From Malacoraja senta (taxonomy: Eukaryota), in the NCBI GenBank assembly GCA_038087875.1, contig CM075988.1, forward strand, positions 4,712,001 through 4,776,000: a stretch of DNA of 64,000 nucleotides, written 5' to 3'. Shown piece by piece: positions 1 through 10,629 of this stretch. Made by a program: the position numbers and the translations under genes. The notes beneath the pieces are model-generated. The model did not search any database. It was not told the DNA's origin and was given only the letters and a program-made list of their open reading frames with translations. Numbering within the stretch: position 1 is the first letter of the stretch; each line of letters starts with the position of its first letter.

Positions 1-181
1 GAGAGGGGGGCGGGAAAAAGAAAGGAAGAGGCGGTGACAAAAGGCTTGTGGGAGAGCTGGGAAGGGGAGGGGAAGGAGGGAGAAAGCAAGGACTACCTGA
101 AATTGGAGAAGTCAATGGTCGTACCATAAACTACCCTCGCAAAATATGAGGTGCTGCTCCTCCAATTTGCGGTGGGACTCA
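1..181 (-). mobile_element. Inverted Penelope 3' segment (partial pLTR/GIY-YIG end) fused head-to-head with the Penelope body
   Basis: 146-181 is the reverse complement of ~1143-1180 (CACCGCAAATTGGAGGAGCA.CACCTCAT), and ~60-117 mirrors ~1217-1270. Truncated by the window start. Confidence 0.85.
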
Positions 182-1435
182 TCCCCAAACTCTACCTCTG
201 CTACATTGACGATTACATTGATGTTACCTCCTGCACCCATGCAAAACTCATTGACTTCATCCATTTCACTGCTATCTTCTATTCAGCACTCAAATTCACC
301 TGGACCATTTCCGACATCTCCCTACAGTTTCTAGATCTCACTATCTCCATCGCAGGTTACAGACTACCGACCGACATCTACTATAAACCCACTGACTCCC
401 ATGGCTATCTGGACTACACTTCTTCCCACCCTGCTTCCTGTAAGGTCTCTATCCCCTGCTCCCAATTCCTCTCTCTACGCCGCATCTGCTCCCAGGAGGA
501 GGTGTTCCAAACCAGGGCATCGGAGATGTCCTTATTCTTTAGGGAATGGGGGTTCCCCTCTTCGATTATAGATGAGGCTCTCACCAAGATTTCTTCTATA
601 TCCCGTAGATCCGCACTCACTCCCCATCCCCTCACTCGTAACAAGGACAGAGTCCCCCTTGTCCTCACCTTCCACCCTACCAGCCGTCACATACAACAGA
701 TAATCCTCCGACATTTTCGCCACCTCCAACGGGATCCCACCACTGGCCACATCTTCCCATCTCCTCCCCTTTCAGCTTTCTGCAGAGAAGACTCCGTAAC
801 TCCCTGGTCAATTCGTCCCTTCCCACCCAAACCACCCCCTCCCCTGGTACTTTCCCTTGCTCCGCAGGAAATGCTACACTTGTCGTTTTACCTCCCCCCT
901 TGACTCCATCCAAGGACCCAAGAAGTCTTTCCAGGTGAGGCAGAGGTTCACCTGCACCTCCTCCAACCACATCTGTTGCATCCGCTGCTCTACATCGGTG
1001 AGACCAAGCACAGGCTTGGCGATCGCTTGGCCGAACACCTCCGCACAGTTCGCATTAACCAACCTGATGTCCCGGTGGCTCAGCACTTCAACTCCCCCTC
1101 CCATTCCGAATCCGACCTTTCTGTCCTGAGCCTCTTCCATGACCAGAGTCTCACCGCAAATTGGAGGAGCAACACCTCATATTTCACTTGGGTAGTTTAC
1201 ACCCCAGCGGTATGAACATTGACTTCTCCAATTTCAGGTAGTCCTTGCTTTCTCCCTCCTTCCCCTCCACATCCCTGCTCACCCACAGCCCACTGTCTCT
1301 GCCTCTTCCTTTCTTCTTCCCACCCCCCCCCACCCCCACATCAGTCTGAAGAAGGGTCCCGACCCGAAACGTCATCTATTCCTTCGCCCCATGGATGCTG
1401 CCTCACCCGCTGAGTTTTCCAGCATTTTTGCTACC
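182..1435 (+). mobile_element. Penelope-like element, 5'-truncated: RT C-terminus, GIY-YIG endonuclease and pLTR (frameshifted)
   Basis: ORF 151-903 has YIDD, FLDLTISI, TDIYYKPTDSHGYLDYTSSHP. Downstream FTCTSSN..C..C..YIGETK is the GIY-YIG motif. Hammerhead-type core at the 3' end. Confidence 0.92.
1346..1373 (+). ncRNA. Minimal type I hammerhead ribozyme core in Penelope pLTR
   Basis: CTGAAGA-A-GGGT(CCCG)ACCC-GAAA-CGTC: catalytic boxes, 4-bp stem II, palindromic ACGT stem III, GUC cleavage triplet. Confidence 0.7.
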
Positions 1436-1889
1436 ACAAATTTTAATTTCTCTCATAAATGTTAATAGTGTTTTAAATTATTTATAATTATTTTATATTA
1501 AATATATTTAGAATGAAACATCCTTAATTTGAATTTTTTTTCTCGTTTTCGGCTCGCCTACATGATACTTTAATAACCTTTTAATTTTTATTTTAACTAT
1601 TATTTTGTATTGAATTACACTATATTATTATTATTATTATTATTTTTAAACCTTCTCATACAGTAGACCCAACATTTTTAAGCAATGTGGACTAAGCATG
1701 ATATTCACCTCCAGAAAAAAAGTAGGAAGTATTGGCCGGGGGTCCAGGAGGTTGGCTAGGCCCTGGTGGGGTCCAGGGCAGCGCCCCCGGTGGGGGTTCA
1801 GAGGGCAACGTCCCCTGAAGCCCCTGCGTTTTCAATAAATTGAAAGTGATTCTCAAGCTTTCTGCTGGTAATTTACATAACAGAAGCTT

Positions 1890-2567
1890 AGAATTTTTCT
1901 AACACATAAGCAGTAAAATAACCCCCAAACGATATATATTTCATGAAATAGACAATAGACAATAGACAATAGGTGCAGGAGAATGCCATTCGGCCCTTCG
2001 AACCAGCACCGCCATTCACTGTGATCATGGCTGATCATCCACAATCAGTACCCCGTTCTTCCCTTCTCCCCATATCCCTTGACTCTGCTATCTTTAAGAG
2101 CTTTATCTATCTCTCTCTTGAAAGCCTCCAGAGAATTGGCCTCCACTGCCTTCTGAGGCAGAGAATTCCACAGATTCACAACTCTCTGTGTGAAAAAGTT
2201 TTTCCTCATCTCCGTTCTAAATAGCCTACCTCTTATTATTAGACATGTGGCCCCTGGTTTTGGACTCCCCCAACATCGAAAACATGTTTCCTGCCTCTAG
2301 CGTGTCCGAACCCTTAATAATCTTATATGTTTCAATAAATGGCCTCATACAGCTAAAAAAATCTTTACGTTACCTGAAATGTCTCGTTGCCTAGCACTGA
2401 GATGAGAAAAAACTTTTTCACCCAGAGTTGTGAATTTGTGGAATTCTCTGCCACAGAAGGCAGTGGTCTCGTCTCCTTCAGCAGTACCCCGGTCTCCCTT
2501 CCTGAGCTCAGACATCCACTTCTCCGCACCTCACCTACGCTCACGTCCCCTTACCCACACATCTACA
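1890..2567. repeat. 678-bp direct repeat, copy 1 (left flank of L1)
   Basis: Same sequence as 5835-6512 (offset 3945); identical ORFs at 1973 and 5918. Confidence 0.95.
1947..2336 (-). mobile_element. CR1 (HER1-type) LINE 3' end, also duplicated at ~5892-6281
   Basis: (ATAGACA)n tail and typical CR1 3' UTR/ORF2-end sequence on the minus strand. Confidence 0.85.
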
Positions 2568-5500
2568 AGAATGAACAAAGACAGTTAGAAGAACTTATTA
2601 GACAAATGGATATAGATAATGCTAAAGATCCAACAATAGATAAACATAATAAAATAATAATTTTAAAATTTAAATTAAATAAATTATTATCTGCCAAACT
2701 TATAAGACTTTTTCAAATTACAAAACAAGAGCACTTTGAATTTGGGGATAAACCGCATAAACTTTTGGCTCGCCAGTAAAAAAACGAGGAAAAGGAACAT
2801 ACTATACCAAAGATCAAATCAGATAAAGGGGAATTATTAACAACACCGAAGGATATTAATAAAAGATTTGCGCAATTTTACGAGAATTTGTATACATCTA
2901 AAACGATAATTGATTCCAATAATATCACAAAGTTCTTGGATACCTGTAATCTTCCAAAGTTAGAGCTGAAGGAACAAGAGGAACTGGGTGCACAAATCTC
3001 AATTAAGGAATTAGAAGATACAATAAACTCACTAAAAAATGGAAAAACACCAGGCCCTGATGGATTTACTAATGAATTTTATAAAAACTTTTATGAAAAA
3101 ATAATACCAAGATTACAAAAAATGTACCAATACGCTTTTAAAAAACGAATACTACCTGATACATTAGCGGAATCAACGATTACATTAATACCTAAGAAAA
3201 ATAAGGATTTAGAAGATCCTGGCTCATATAGAGCTATAGCATTGTTAAACACAGATCAAAAAATATTAGCGAAAACATTAGCCAGAAGATTAAGTAAATA
3301 CATTAGTAAATTAATAAACCCAGATCAGACAGGGTTTATCCCTAAGAGATACTCTTCTAATAATATGAGACGTCTACTCAACATAATGCACTCACACAAA
3401 TCTGAAGATCAAGAATTATCAATTATTTCGCTGGATGCTGAAAAAGCATTTGATCAAGTAGAATGGAATTATATGGATAAAGTATTACAAAAATTTCAAC
3501 TGGGAGAGAATTTTATTTTATGGATTAAGTTACTATATAACAAACCTACAGCTAGAATACTTACTAATAACATATTATCCTCGAAATTTCAACTATCAAG
3601 GGGAAATAGACAAGGATGCTCATTATCACCACAGCTGTTTGCTCTCATTATTGAACCGCTAGCAGAAAAAATTAGAATACACCCTGATATTCATGGATAT
3701 AATACTAAAGACTCATATAATAAAATATCTTTATACGCGGATGATATATTATTGTATATCACAAAACCTCAAATCACTATACCAAATATATTAAATTTAA
3801 TTGAAGACTTCGGATCTTTTTCTGGATATAGAATAAATTGGAATAAAAGTGAAATTATGTCAATAAAACCGAAAGATTCAACACATCTTTTAAAATTCCC
3901 TTTTAAAATAGCTACAGAAAAATTTAAATATTTGGGAATCGAAATTACCAGAGCATATCAAGGTATGCTCAGGGCAAATTTTGACCCCCTACTTAATAAA
4001 CTGAATACATTAATTAAATTCTGGAAAACGCTTCCGATGTCTTTAATAGGCCGAATAAACGCAATAAAAATGATCTTTTTACCACAAATTTTATACCTAT
4101 TTCAATCAATTCCTATATACTTACCTAAGAAGTTTTTTAAAAAACTCGACTCAGATATCACTAATTTTATATGGGACTATAAATCACATAGAATACAAAA
4201 AACCCATCTGAATAAATCTAAAGTATTGGGGGGTCTAGCACTACCCAATTTTATGTATTATTATTGGTCAGTAAATATTAAAAACATGATTCAACTGATG
4301 GATAACTCCGCCCAGCAAGTAGACTGGATTGTAATGGAGAAAGAGGATTGCTCCTCTAGAAACATTGGAGCGATCCTCCTCTCTCCAATGAAATTGAATA
4401 ACATAAACTATAATAAGAACCCAATTATTCATAGTACAATCCGTATTTGGAAACAAATAAAACAAAATTTAAAATTAAGAAACTTATCACTTTTATTACC
4501 TATAGTCAATAACCCTTCGTTTAGTCCTTCTATTATAGATAAAGCTTATACACAATGGGATAGACTAGGAATTAAAACGCTTGGTGACTTGTATGAAACT
4601 GGAAAATTACTTTCATTTCAACAATTACAAATAAAATATAAACTCGGAAATAATCAATATTTTAAATACTTTCAAATATGCGACTATTTGAAAAAATATA
4701 TAAAAGATCATCATAATAACCCAGCAGATGTACTGGACGAGGCAATGCAGACAAAAGCGGAATCAGCAAACTTAATATCATATTTGTACAATATTATCTT
4801 AAATGTACAAATACCATCTACGGAGGGTATCAGAAGAGACTGGGAACAAGAGTTAGCCATTAAAATTTCAAAGGAAAGTTGGAATGAATACTTATTAAAA
4901 GTACATAAATGCTCGATTAATGTAAGACACACTTTAATACAATTTAAAATTTTACATAGATTATATTATTCGAAAACTAAAATTCATAAAATTTTCCCAA
5001 ACGTATCATCTATTTGTGATAAATGTCAATCCCAAGAAGCAACTATAGCGCACTCATTTGTCTTCTGTACAAAAATTCAAAAATTTTGGAATGAAATTTT
5101 TGAAATCTTTACAAAGTTATTTAAAACAAGACTGATACCCAAAGCAGAATGGATTATCTTCGGAATAACGGAAGATGATCCAGAACTAAATGTGTTTCAA
5201 AAGAAATTAATGGAGTATGGGTTAATAACTGGAAAAAAGCTAATTCTAAAATTTTGGAAGAAGGCTCCAATACCAACTATAAATATGTGGATTTCAAATA
5301 TGTTTGAAACACTACACCTTGAAGAGATAAGACTCCTCCTAGCAGGTAAACCAGATCACTTCCACCTGACGTGGTCTGCATTTATAGAATTATTACAAAC
5401 ATAGGGTGCAAAAGTACTTTAAAAAAATAAAAAATTGAGGTCGGGTAAGGGGGGATGATAGTTGAAGAGTTGGTATGTCCTATTTACGTGATGCTCAAAA

Positions 5501-5834
5501 AAAAAAAACATTTGTTTTTCTTTTTTTCTCTCTCTCTTTTCTTTTCTTAGGGCCTATTTCTTAACTCCTTTTTTTTTTTGTCTTTAATTTCGCTTTCATA
5601 GGGTCCTCGTCCTTTTTTTTTTTTTTGTTTGTTGTTACATTTTCTACACTTTTCTACACTTGCACTTTTTCCTTCACTTTCTTCTCTCTTTCAATCTTTT
5701 CTTTCTTTAGCGTAAAAAAAAAATAAAGGGAGTACATTAATTGTAAGAAGATATAAATGACGAGTATTAATGTATGTGGCTGTGATGTAATGTACTTCTA
5801 ATAAATAAAAATTAAAAAAAAAAAAAAAAAAAAA
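2568..5834 (+). mobile_element. L1-clade LINE, 5'-truncated, young
   Basis: ORF2 from the linker through RT and the C-terminal Cys knuckle, T-rich 3' UTR, AATAAA at ~5800, poly(A) at 5814-5835. Confidence 0.96.
2888..5404 (+). CDS. L1 ORF2p fragment (reverse transcriptase + CCHC domain; endonuclease missing)
   Basis: 838-aa ORF with [36 protein letters not shown] (3734-3745), KYLG and CDKC..H...C. The same frame extends back to 2568 with one stop at 2777-2779. Confidence 0.93.
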   Translation: MYTSKTIIDSNNITKFLDTCNLPKLELKEQEELGAQISIKELEDTINSLKNGKTPGPDGFTNEFYKNFYEKIIPRLQKMYQYAFKKRILPDTLAESTITLIPKKNKDLEDPGSYRAIALLNTDQKILAKTLARRLSKYISKLINPDQTGFIPKRYSSNNMRRLLNIMHSHKSEDQELSIISLDAEKAFDQVEWNYMDKVLQKFQLGENFILWIKLLYNKPTARILTNNILSSKFQLSRGNRQGCSLSPQLFALIIEPLAEKIRIHPDIHGYNTKDSYNKISLYADDILLYITKPQITIPNILNLIEDFGSFSGYRINWNKSEIMSIKPKDSTHLLKFPFKIATEKFKYLGIEITRAYQGMLRANFDPLLNKLNTLIKFWKTLPMSLIGRINAIKMIFLPQILYLFQSIPIYLPKKFFKKLDSDITNFIWDYKSHRIQKTHLNKSKVLGGLALPNFMYYYWSVNIKNMIQLMDNSAQQVDWIVMEKEDCSSRNIGAILLSPMKLNNINYNKNPIIHSTIRIWKQIKQNLKLRNLSLLLPIVNNPSFSPSIIDKAYTQWDRLGIKTLGDLYETGKLLSFQQLQIKYKLGNNQYFKYFQICDYLKKYIKDHHNNPADVLDEAMQTKAESANLISYLYNIILNVQIPSTEGIRRDWEQELAIKISKESWNEYLLKVHKCSINVRHTLIQFKILHRLYYSKTKIHKIFPNVSSICDKCQSQEATIAHSFVFCTKIQKFWNEIFEIFTKLFKTRLIPKAEWIIFGITEDDPELNVFQKKLMEYGLITGKKLILKFWKKAPIPTINMWISNMFETLHLEEIRLLLAGKPDHFHLTWSAFIELLQT

Positions 5835-6512
5835 AGAATTTTTCTAACACATAAGCAGTAAAATAACCCCCAAACGATATATATTTCATGAAATAGACAA
5901 TAGACAATAGACAATAGGTGCAGGAGAATGCCATTCGGCCCTTCGAACCAGCACCGCCATTCACTGTGATCATGGCTGATCATCCACAATCAGTACCCCG
6001 TTCTTCCCTTCTCCCCATATCCCTTGACTCTGCTATCTTTAAGAGCTTTATCTATCTCTCTCTTGAAAGCCTCCAGAGAATTGGCCTCCACTGCCTTCTG
6101 AGGCAGAGAATTCCACAGATTCACAACTCTCTGTGTGAAAAAGTTTTTCCTCATCTCCGTTCTAAATAGCCTACCTCTTATTATTAGACATGTGGCCCCT
6201 GGTTTTGGACTCCCCCAACATCGAAAACATGTTTCCTGCCTCTAGCGTGTCCGAACCCTTAATAATCTTATATGTTTCAATAAATGGCCTCATACAGCTA
6301 AAAAAATCTTTACGTTACCTGAAATGTCTCGTTGCCTAGCACTGAGATGAGAAAAAACTTTTTCACCCAGAGTTGTGAATTTGTGGAATTCTCTGCCACA
6401 GAAGGCAGTGGTCTCGTCTCCTTCAGCAGTACCCCGGTCTCCCTTCCTGAGCTCAGACATCCACTTCTCCGCACCTCACCTACGCTCACGTCCCCTTACC
6501 CACACATCTACA
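5835..6512. repeat. 678-bp direct repeat, copy 2 (right flank of L1)
   Basis: Starts directly after the L1 poly(A) and matches 1890-2567. Confidence 0.95.
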
Positions 6513-7212
6513 CCTCAACTAAAGCCCTTGTCTCGACGATACCTCACTACCAAACTTCTCCTCACACCTAAACCTCGCCTCGACTAAACTGTACCTCACT
6601 AAACGTCGCCCCTCAAATAAACCTCACACCTCACCTCACACCTTAACCCCACCTCAACTGAACTAAACTCAACCTCACGACTAAACTCCACCTCACACCT
6701 AATCCGCACCTCGACTAATCACCGCCTCTCTCCCGCTCCCACTATTTATAGCCCCCCCCGGCTGTTGGCGGTGCCTCATGTGAGCGTAATGGCTCCAACT
6801 GGGGGGCGGGGCCGAGAGTGGCACAGGCACATTGCCCGAGAGAGCCAGTGGGTGGGGAGGGGCGCACGCGCGCTGAGGTTGACGTTGAGCCCAAGCCCCG
6901 CCCACGGTGGCCGCAGCCCCTCCCCGTGAGAGCGGGAGAGAAACCTCGATTAGTCGAGGCGGGGCTTATGTGTGAGGTGGGTGGTTTAGTTGAGGCAAGG
7001 TCTAGTGAGTTGAGCTTTAAATGTGAGGTGAAGTTTAGTCGAAACGAGGGGTTTAGTCGAGGTGAAAAATCAGATTAATTTCTAGGAAAACAAAAAAATC
7101 GGAATTCCGAGTTAAATCGGAAGAATATCTGGACTAGTCGTTTCTGGGGCTCCTCCGGGATTAGGGGCCCTGAAGCTTAAGCTTCATTAGTTTCAGAGTG
7201 GATCCGCCCCTG
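6410..7212. mobile_element. Probable non-autonomous DNA-transposon interior with fold-back repeats
   Basis: CTCGACTAA/CCTCAC-type motifs at 6510-6720 are mirrored as TTAGTCGAG/GTGAGG at 6940-7065. CpG-rich centre; ends in GGATCCGCCCCTG. Confidence 0.4.
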
Positions 7213-7214
7213 TT

Positions 7215-7789
7215 CCACAGTCAAAAAGGCCCAACAGTGGATGTACTTCCTGCGGCAGCTGAGTAAACACAATCTGCCACCAGCAATGATGGTCCAGTTT
7301 TATACTGCCATCATAGAGTCTGTCCTCACCTTCTCCATCACGGTCTGGTTTGGCTCAGCCACCAAGCACGACACCCGGAGGCTGCAGCGAATCGTTCGAT
7401 CTGCCGAGAAAGTTGTTGGCAGCAACCTTCCCCCCATCGACAAACTGTACACTGCAAGGGCCAGGAAGCGAGTGGGTAAGATCCTCTCTGACCCCTCTCA
7501 CCCTGGCCACAAACTCTTTGAAGCACTTCTCTCTGGATGGCAACTTCGGACTGTCAAAGCTGCCACAGCCAGACAAAAAAACAGCTTTTTTCGACGAGCA
7601 GTGGCTCTACTGAAGAACCAAAAGTCTGTCGACTCCTTCTGCTCTGGTATTTTATTTAATTCTTCACATGTTTAAATTATAATGTTATTTGTGAGCAAAG
7701 CCCCAAGGCAAATTCCTTGTATGTATACATACCTGGCTAATAAAATTTATTCAATTCGTATTCAATTCAATTCCAATTCCAATTCAATT
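7215..7789 (+). mobile_element. Rex1/Babar-type LINE 3' end
   Basis: KKAQQ.MYFLRQL..FYTAIIESVLTFSITVWFG...SHPGHKLF (DUF1891-like), followed by an (ATTCA)n tail. Confidence 0.85.
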
Positions 7790-8000
7790 TAATAGCCTGA
7801 ATGGCTGTAGGGTGGAAGCTGTTCCTGAACCTGGATGGTCACAGTTTTCAGGCCCCTGTACCTTCTTCCTGATGGCAGGTGTGAATGAGAATATGGGTCT
7901 CTGATGATGCTGGCTGCCTTTTTGAGGCAGCGATTCCGATAAATCCCATCGATGGTGGGGAGGTCAGAGCCGGTGATGGACTGGGCAGTGTTCACAACAG
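7790..8000 (-). mobile_element. Rex1/Babar-type LINE fragment
   Basis: VVNTAQSITGSDLPTIDGIYRNRCLKKAASIIRDP...LPSGRRYR. Confidence 0.8.
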
Positions 8001-8159
8001 TCATGTAACAGGAACAGGCCATTTAAATCCCTCAAGCATGCTCCACCATTCATCTCCATGGCTGAATGGTCATTTCAATTCTGTTTTATTGTGCAAACTC
8101 CCTTATCGTATGATTCCGTTTGTATGTCTATCAATCTCATCTAACAATTGAACACACGT

Positions 8160-8415
8160 GGACCTTGAGGAGTTTAATAGGAATCCGAGGGGTAACTTTT
8201 TCACACAAAGGGTGCTGGGCGTGTGGAGCGAGCTGCCAGAGGAGGTAGTTGAGGCTGGGGCTATCCCAACATTTAACAGTTAGACAGGTACATGGATAGA
8301 CAGATTTGGAGGGATATGGACCAATTATGGGCAGGTTCGGACTAGTGTAGCTGGGACATGTTGGCCATTGAGGGCAGGTTTCCACATTTTATCACTCAAC
8401 GACTCTATGACTATA
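8160..8415 (+). mobile_element. CR1 LINE 3' fragment
   Basis: Homologous to 10095-10360 (NFFTQRV..VW..LPEEVVEAG plus 3' UTR). Confidence 0.8.
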
Positions 8416-9454
8416 ACCTTAACACAGCTTGCTGTTCAATAAAGGCTATCTTCACTTCAAACCTGGTTATCTATCCTGACGCTGCTGCTATGTTCTAAAC
8501 TCTCCTCCAGAAAGATGCCTATCAGTATCTAAGATAGACACAAAATGCTGGAGGAACTCACCAGGACAGGCAACATCTCTGGTCGAGGGTCCTATTTCAG
8601 ACTGAGAGTCAAGGGAGAGGGAGACATAGAGATATGGAAGGGTAAGATATATAAAACACAGATCAAAGGGGACGATGATCAAGGGAAATAGAATGGTTTC
8701 ATTGTTAGCTGAGGGGAAGGTGACAACAAGGCATACAATCAGTAAATTTAATCAGGAGGACAGTGAACTAATCAGAATACTAGAATGGGGAGGGGTGGAA
8801 AGAGAGCTCCAATGCCCAAAAGTCTTGAAGGGTTAACCTTTCAATCTGTGTGGGGTTTGCAAGTTCTCCCTGTGATTGTGTGGGTTTCCTCTGGGTGCTC
8901 TGGTTTCCTCCCACATCCCAAAGTGCGGATGCGTAGGTCAATTGGCCTCTGTAAATCACTCCTAGTGTGTAGCATAATGGATGAGAAAGTGGGATAACGT
9001 AGAACTATTCTCAACGGGTGATCAATGGTCAGTGTTGGCCCGGTAGGTCGAAGGGTCTCCAAACTAAACTAATCTCTCTGTTTCCACACAACCCCACTCA
9101 TCAACCCCGTGAATCTCTGCTGCATCGACTCCAAGACAAGAAGACCCAAGATTCAGGGCTCCAAATATGTAGGAAGGAACTGCAGATCCTGGTCTACACC
9201 AAAGATAGACACAAAATGCTGAAGTAAACTCAGCGGAGTCACACCAGCATTTTGTGTCTATCCCCAAATATGTACATATTTTTCACACTACCTTACAGCA
9301 TAGAAATATGCCATTTACGAGTACTATGTTGTCCACAGATCAATCCTATTCCCCATTAATTTTCCCTGTGAACTGTTCTTCCCACATTTCCAACAACTCC
9401 CCAGTCTACCATAAGACCGTAGGGCGTAGGAGCAGAATTAGGCCATTCGACACA

Positions 9455-10362
9455 TGATACAAAAGTTAGTGGTTTTGCAGAGACTGAAGATGGTTGTGAA
9501 CGATTGCAGCAGGATCTGGATCGATTGGCCAGGTGGGCAGAGGAGTGGTTGATGGAATTTAATACAGAGAAGTGTGAGGTGTTGCATTTTGGGATGTCGA
9601 AACAAGGGCAGGACCTACACAGCAAAATGGTAGGCCTCTGGGTAGTGTTGTACAGCAGAGGGATCTAGGAGTACAGGTGCATGGTTCCTTGAGGGTCGTG
9701 TCGCAGGTAGATAAGGTGGTCAAAAAGGCTTTTGGCACTTTGGCCTTCATCAGTCAGAGTATTGAGTATAGAAATTGGGAGGTAATGTTGCAGTTGTATA
9801 AGACGTTAGTGAGACCACATTTAGAATATTGTGTTCAGTTCTGGGCACCATGTTATCGGAAAGGTATTGTCAAGCTTGAAAGGGTTCAGAAAAAGATTTA
9901 CGAGGATGTTGCCAGACTAGAGGGTGTGAGCTATAGTGAGAGGTTGAGTTGGCTGGGTCTCTATTCAATGGAGCGTAGGAGGATGAGGGGAGATCTTATA
10001 GAGGTGTACAAAATCATGAGAGGAATAGATTCGGTAGTCTTTTATCCAGAGAAGGGGGCATCGAGGACCAGAGGACATAGGTTCAAGGTGAGGGGGAAAA
10101 GATTTAATAGGAATCCGAGCGGTAACTTTTTCATACAGAGGGTGGTGGGTGTATGGAACAAGCTGCCAGAGGAGGTCGTTGAAGCTGGGACTATCCCATT
10201 GTTTAAGAAACAGTTGGACATGTACTTGGATAGGACAGGTTTTGGAGGGTTATGGGACCAAGCGGCAGGCAAGTGGGCAGGATAGCTGGGACATTGTTGG
10301 CCGGTGTGGGCGAGTTGGGCCGAAGGGCCTGTTTCACACTGTATTAATCTATGACTCTATGA
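9455..10362 (+). mobile_element. CR1 (HER1-type) LINE 3' part
   Basis: ORF 9677-10285 has LYKTLVRPHLEYCVQFWAP, RRRMRGDLIEVYKIM and TRGH; GACTCTAT tail. Confidence 0.92.
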
Positions 10363-10629
10363 GTCTACTCAGCCATTCAATCATGGATGATCTATTTTTC
10401 ACTCTTAACCCCATTTTCTTGCCCTTCTCCCCATAACCCCTGACACCCATGGTAATCAAGTACCTATCAACCTCAGCTTTAAAAATACCCAATGTCTTGG
10501 CCTCCATTGACGTCTGTGGCAATCAATTCCATAGATTCACCACCCTCTGGATAAAGGAATTCCTCCTCATCTCATTCCAAAGGTAAGTCATTTTATTCTG
10601 AAGCTGTGCCCTCTGGTCTTAGACTCTCC

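Noticed and set aside
2387..2779. 130-aa ORF running from flank into L1 as a chimeric gene
   Set aside because: TTG start, composed of CR1 and other repeat scraps, and in frame with L1 by chance at the truncation junction.
7241..7675. 144-aa ORF as a host gene (this domain is often mis-annotated as ALKBH8-like)
   Set aside because: It is the C-terminal part of a Rex1/Babar-type LINE with a microsatellite tail.
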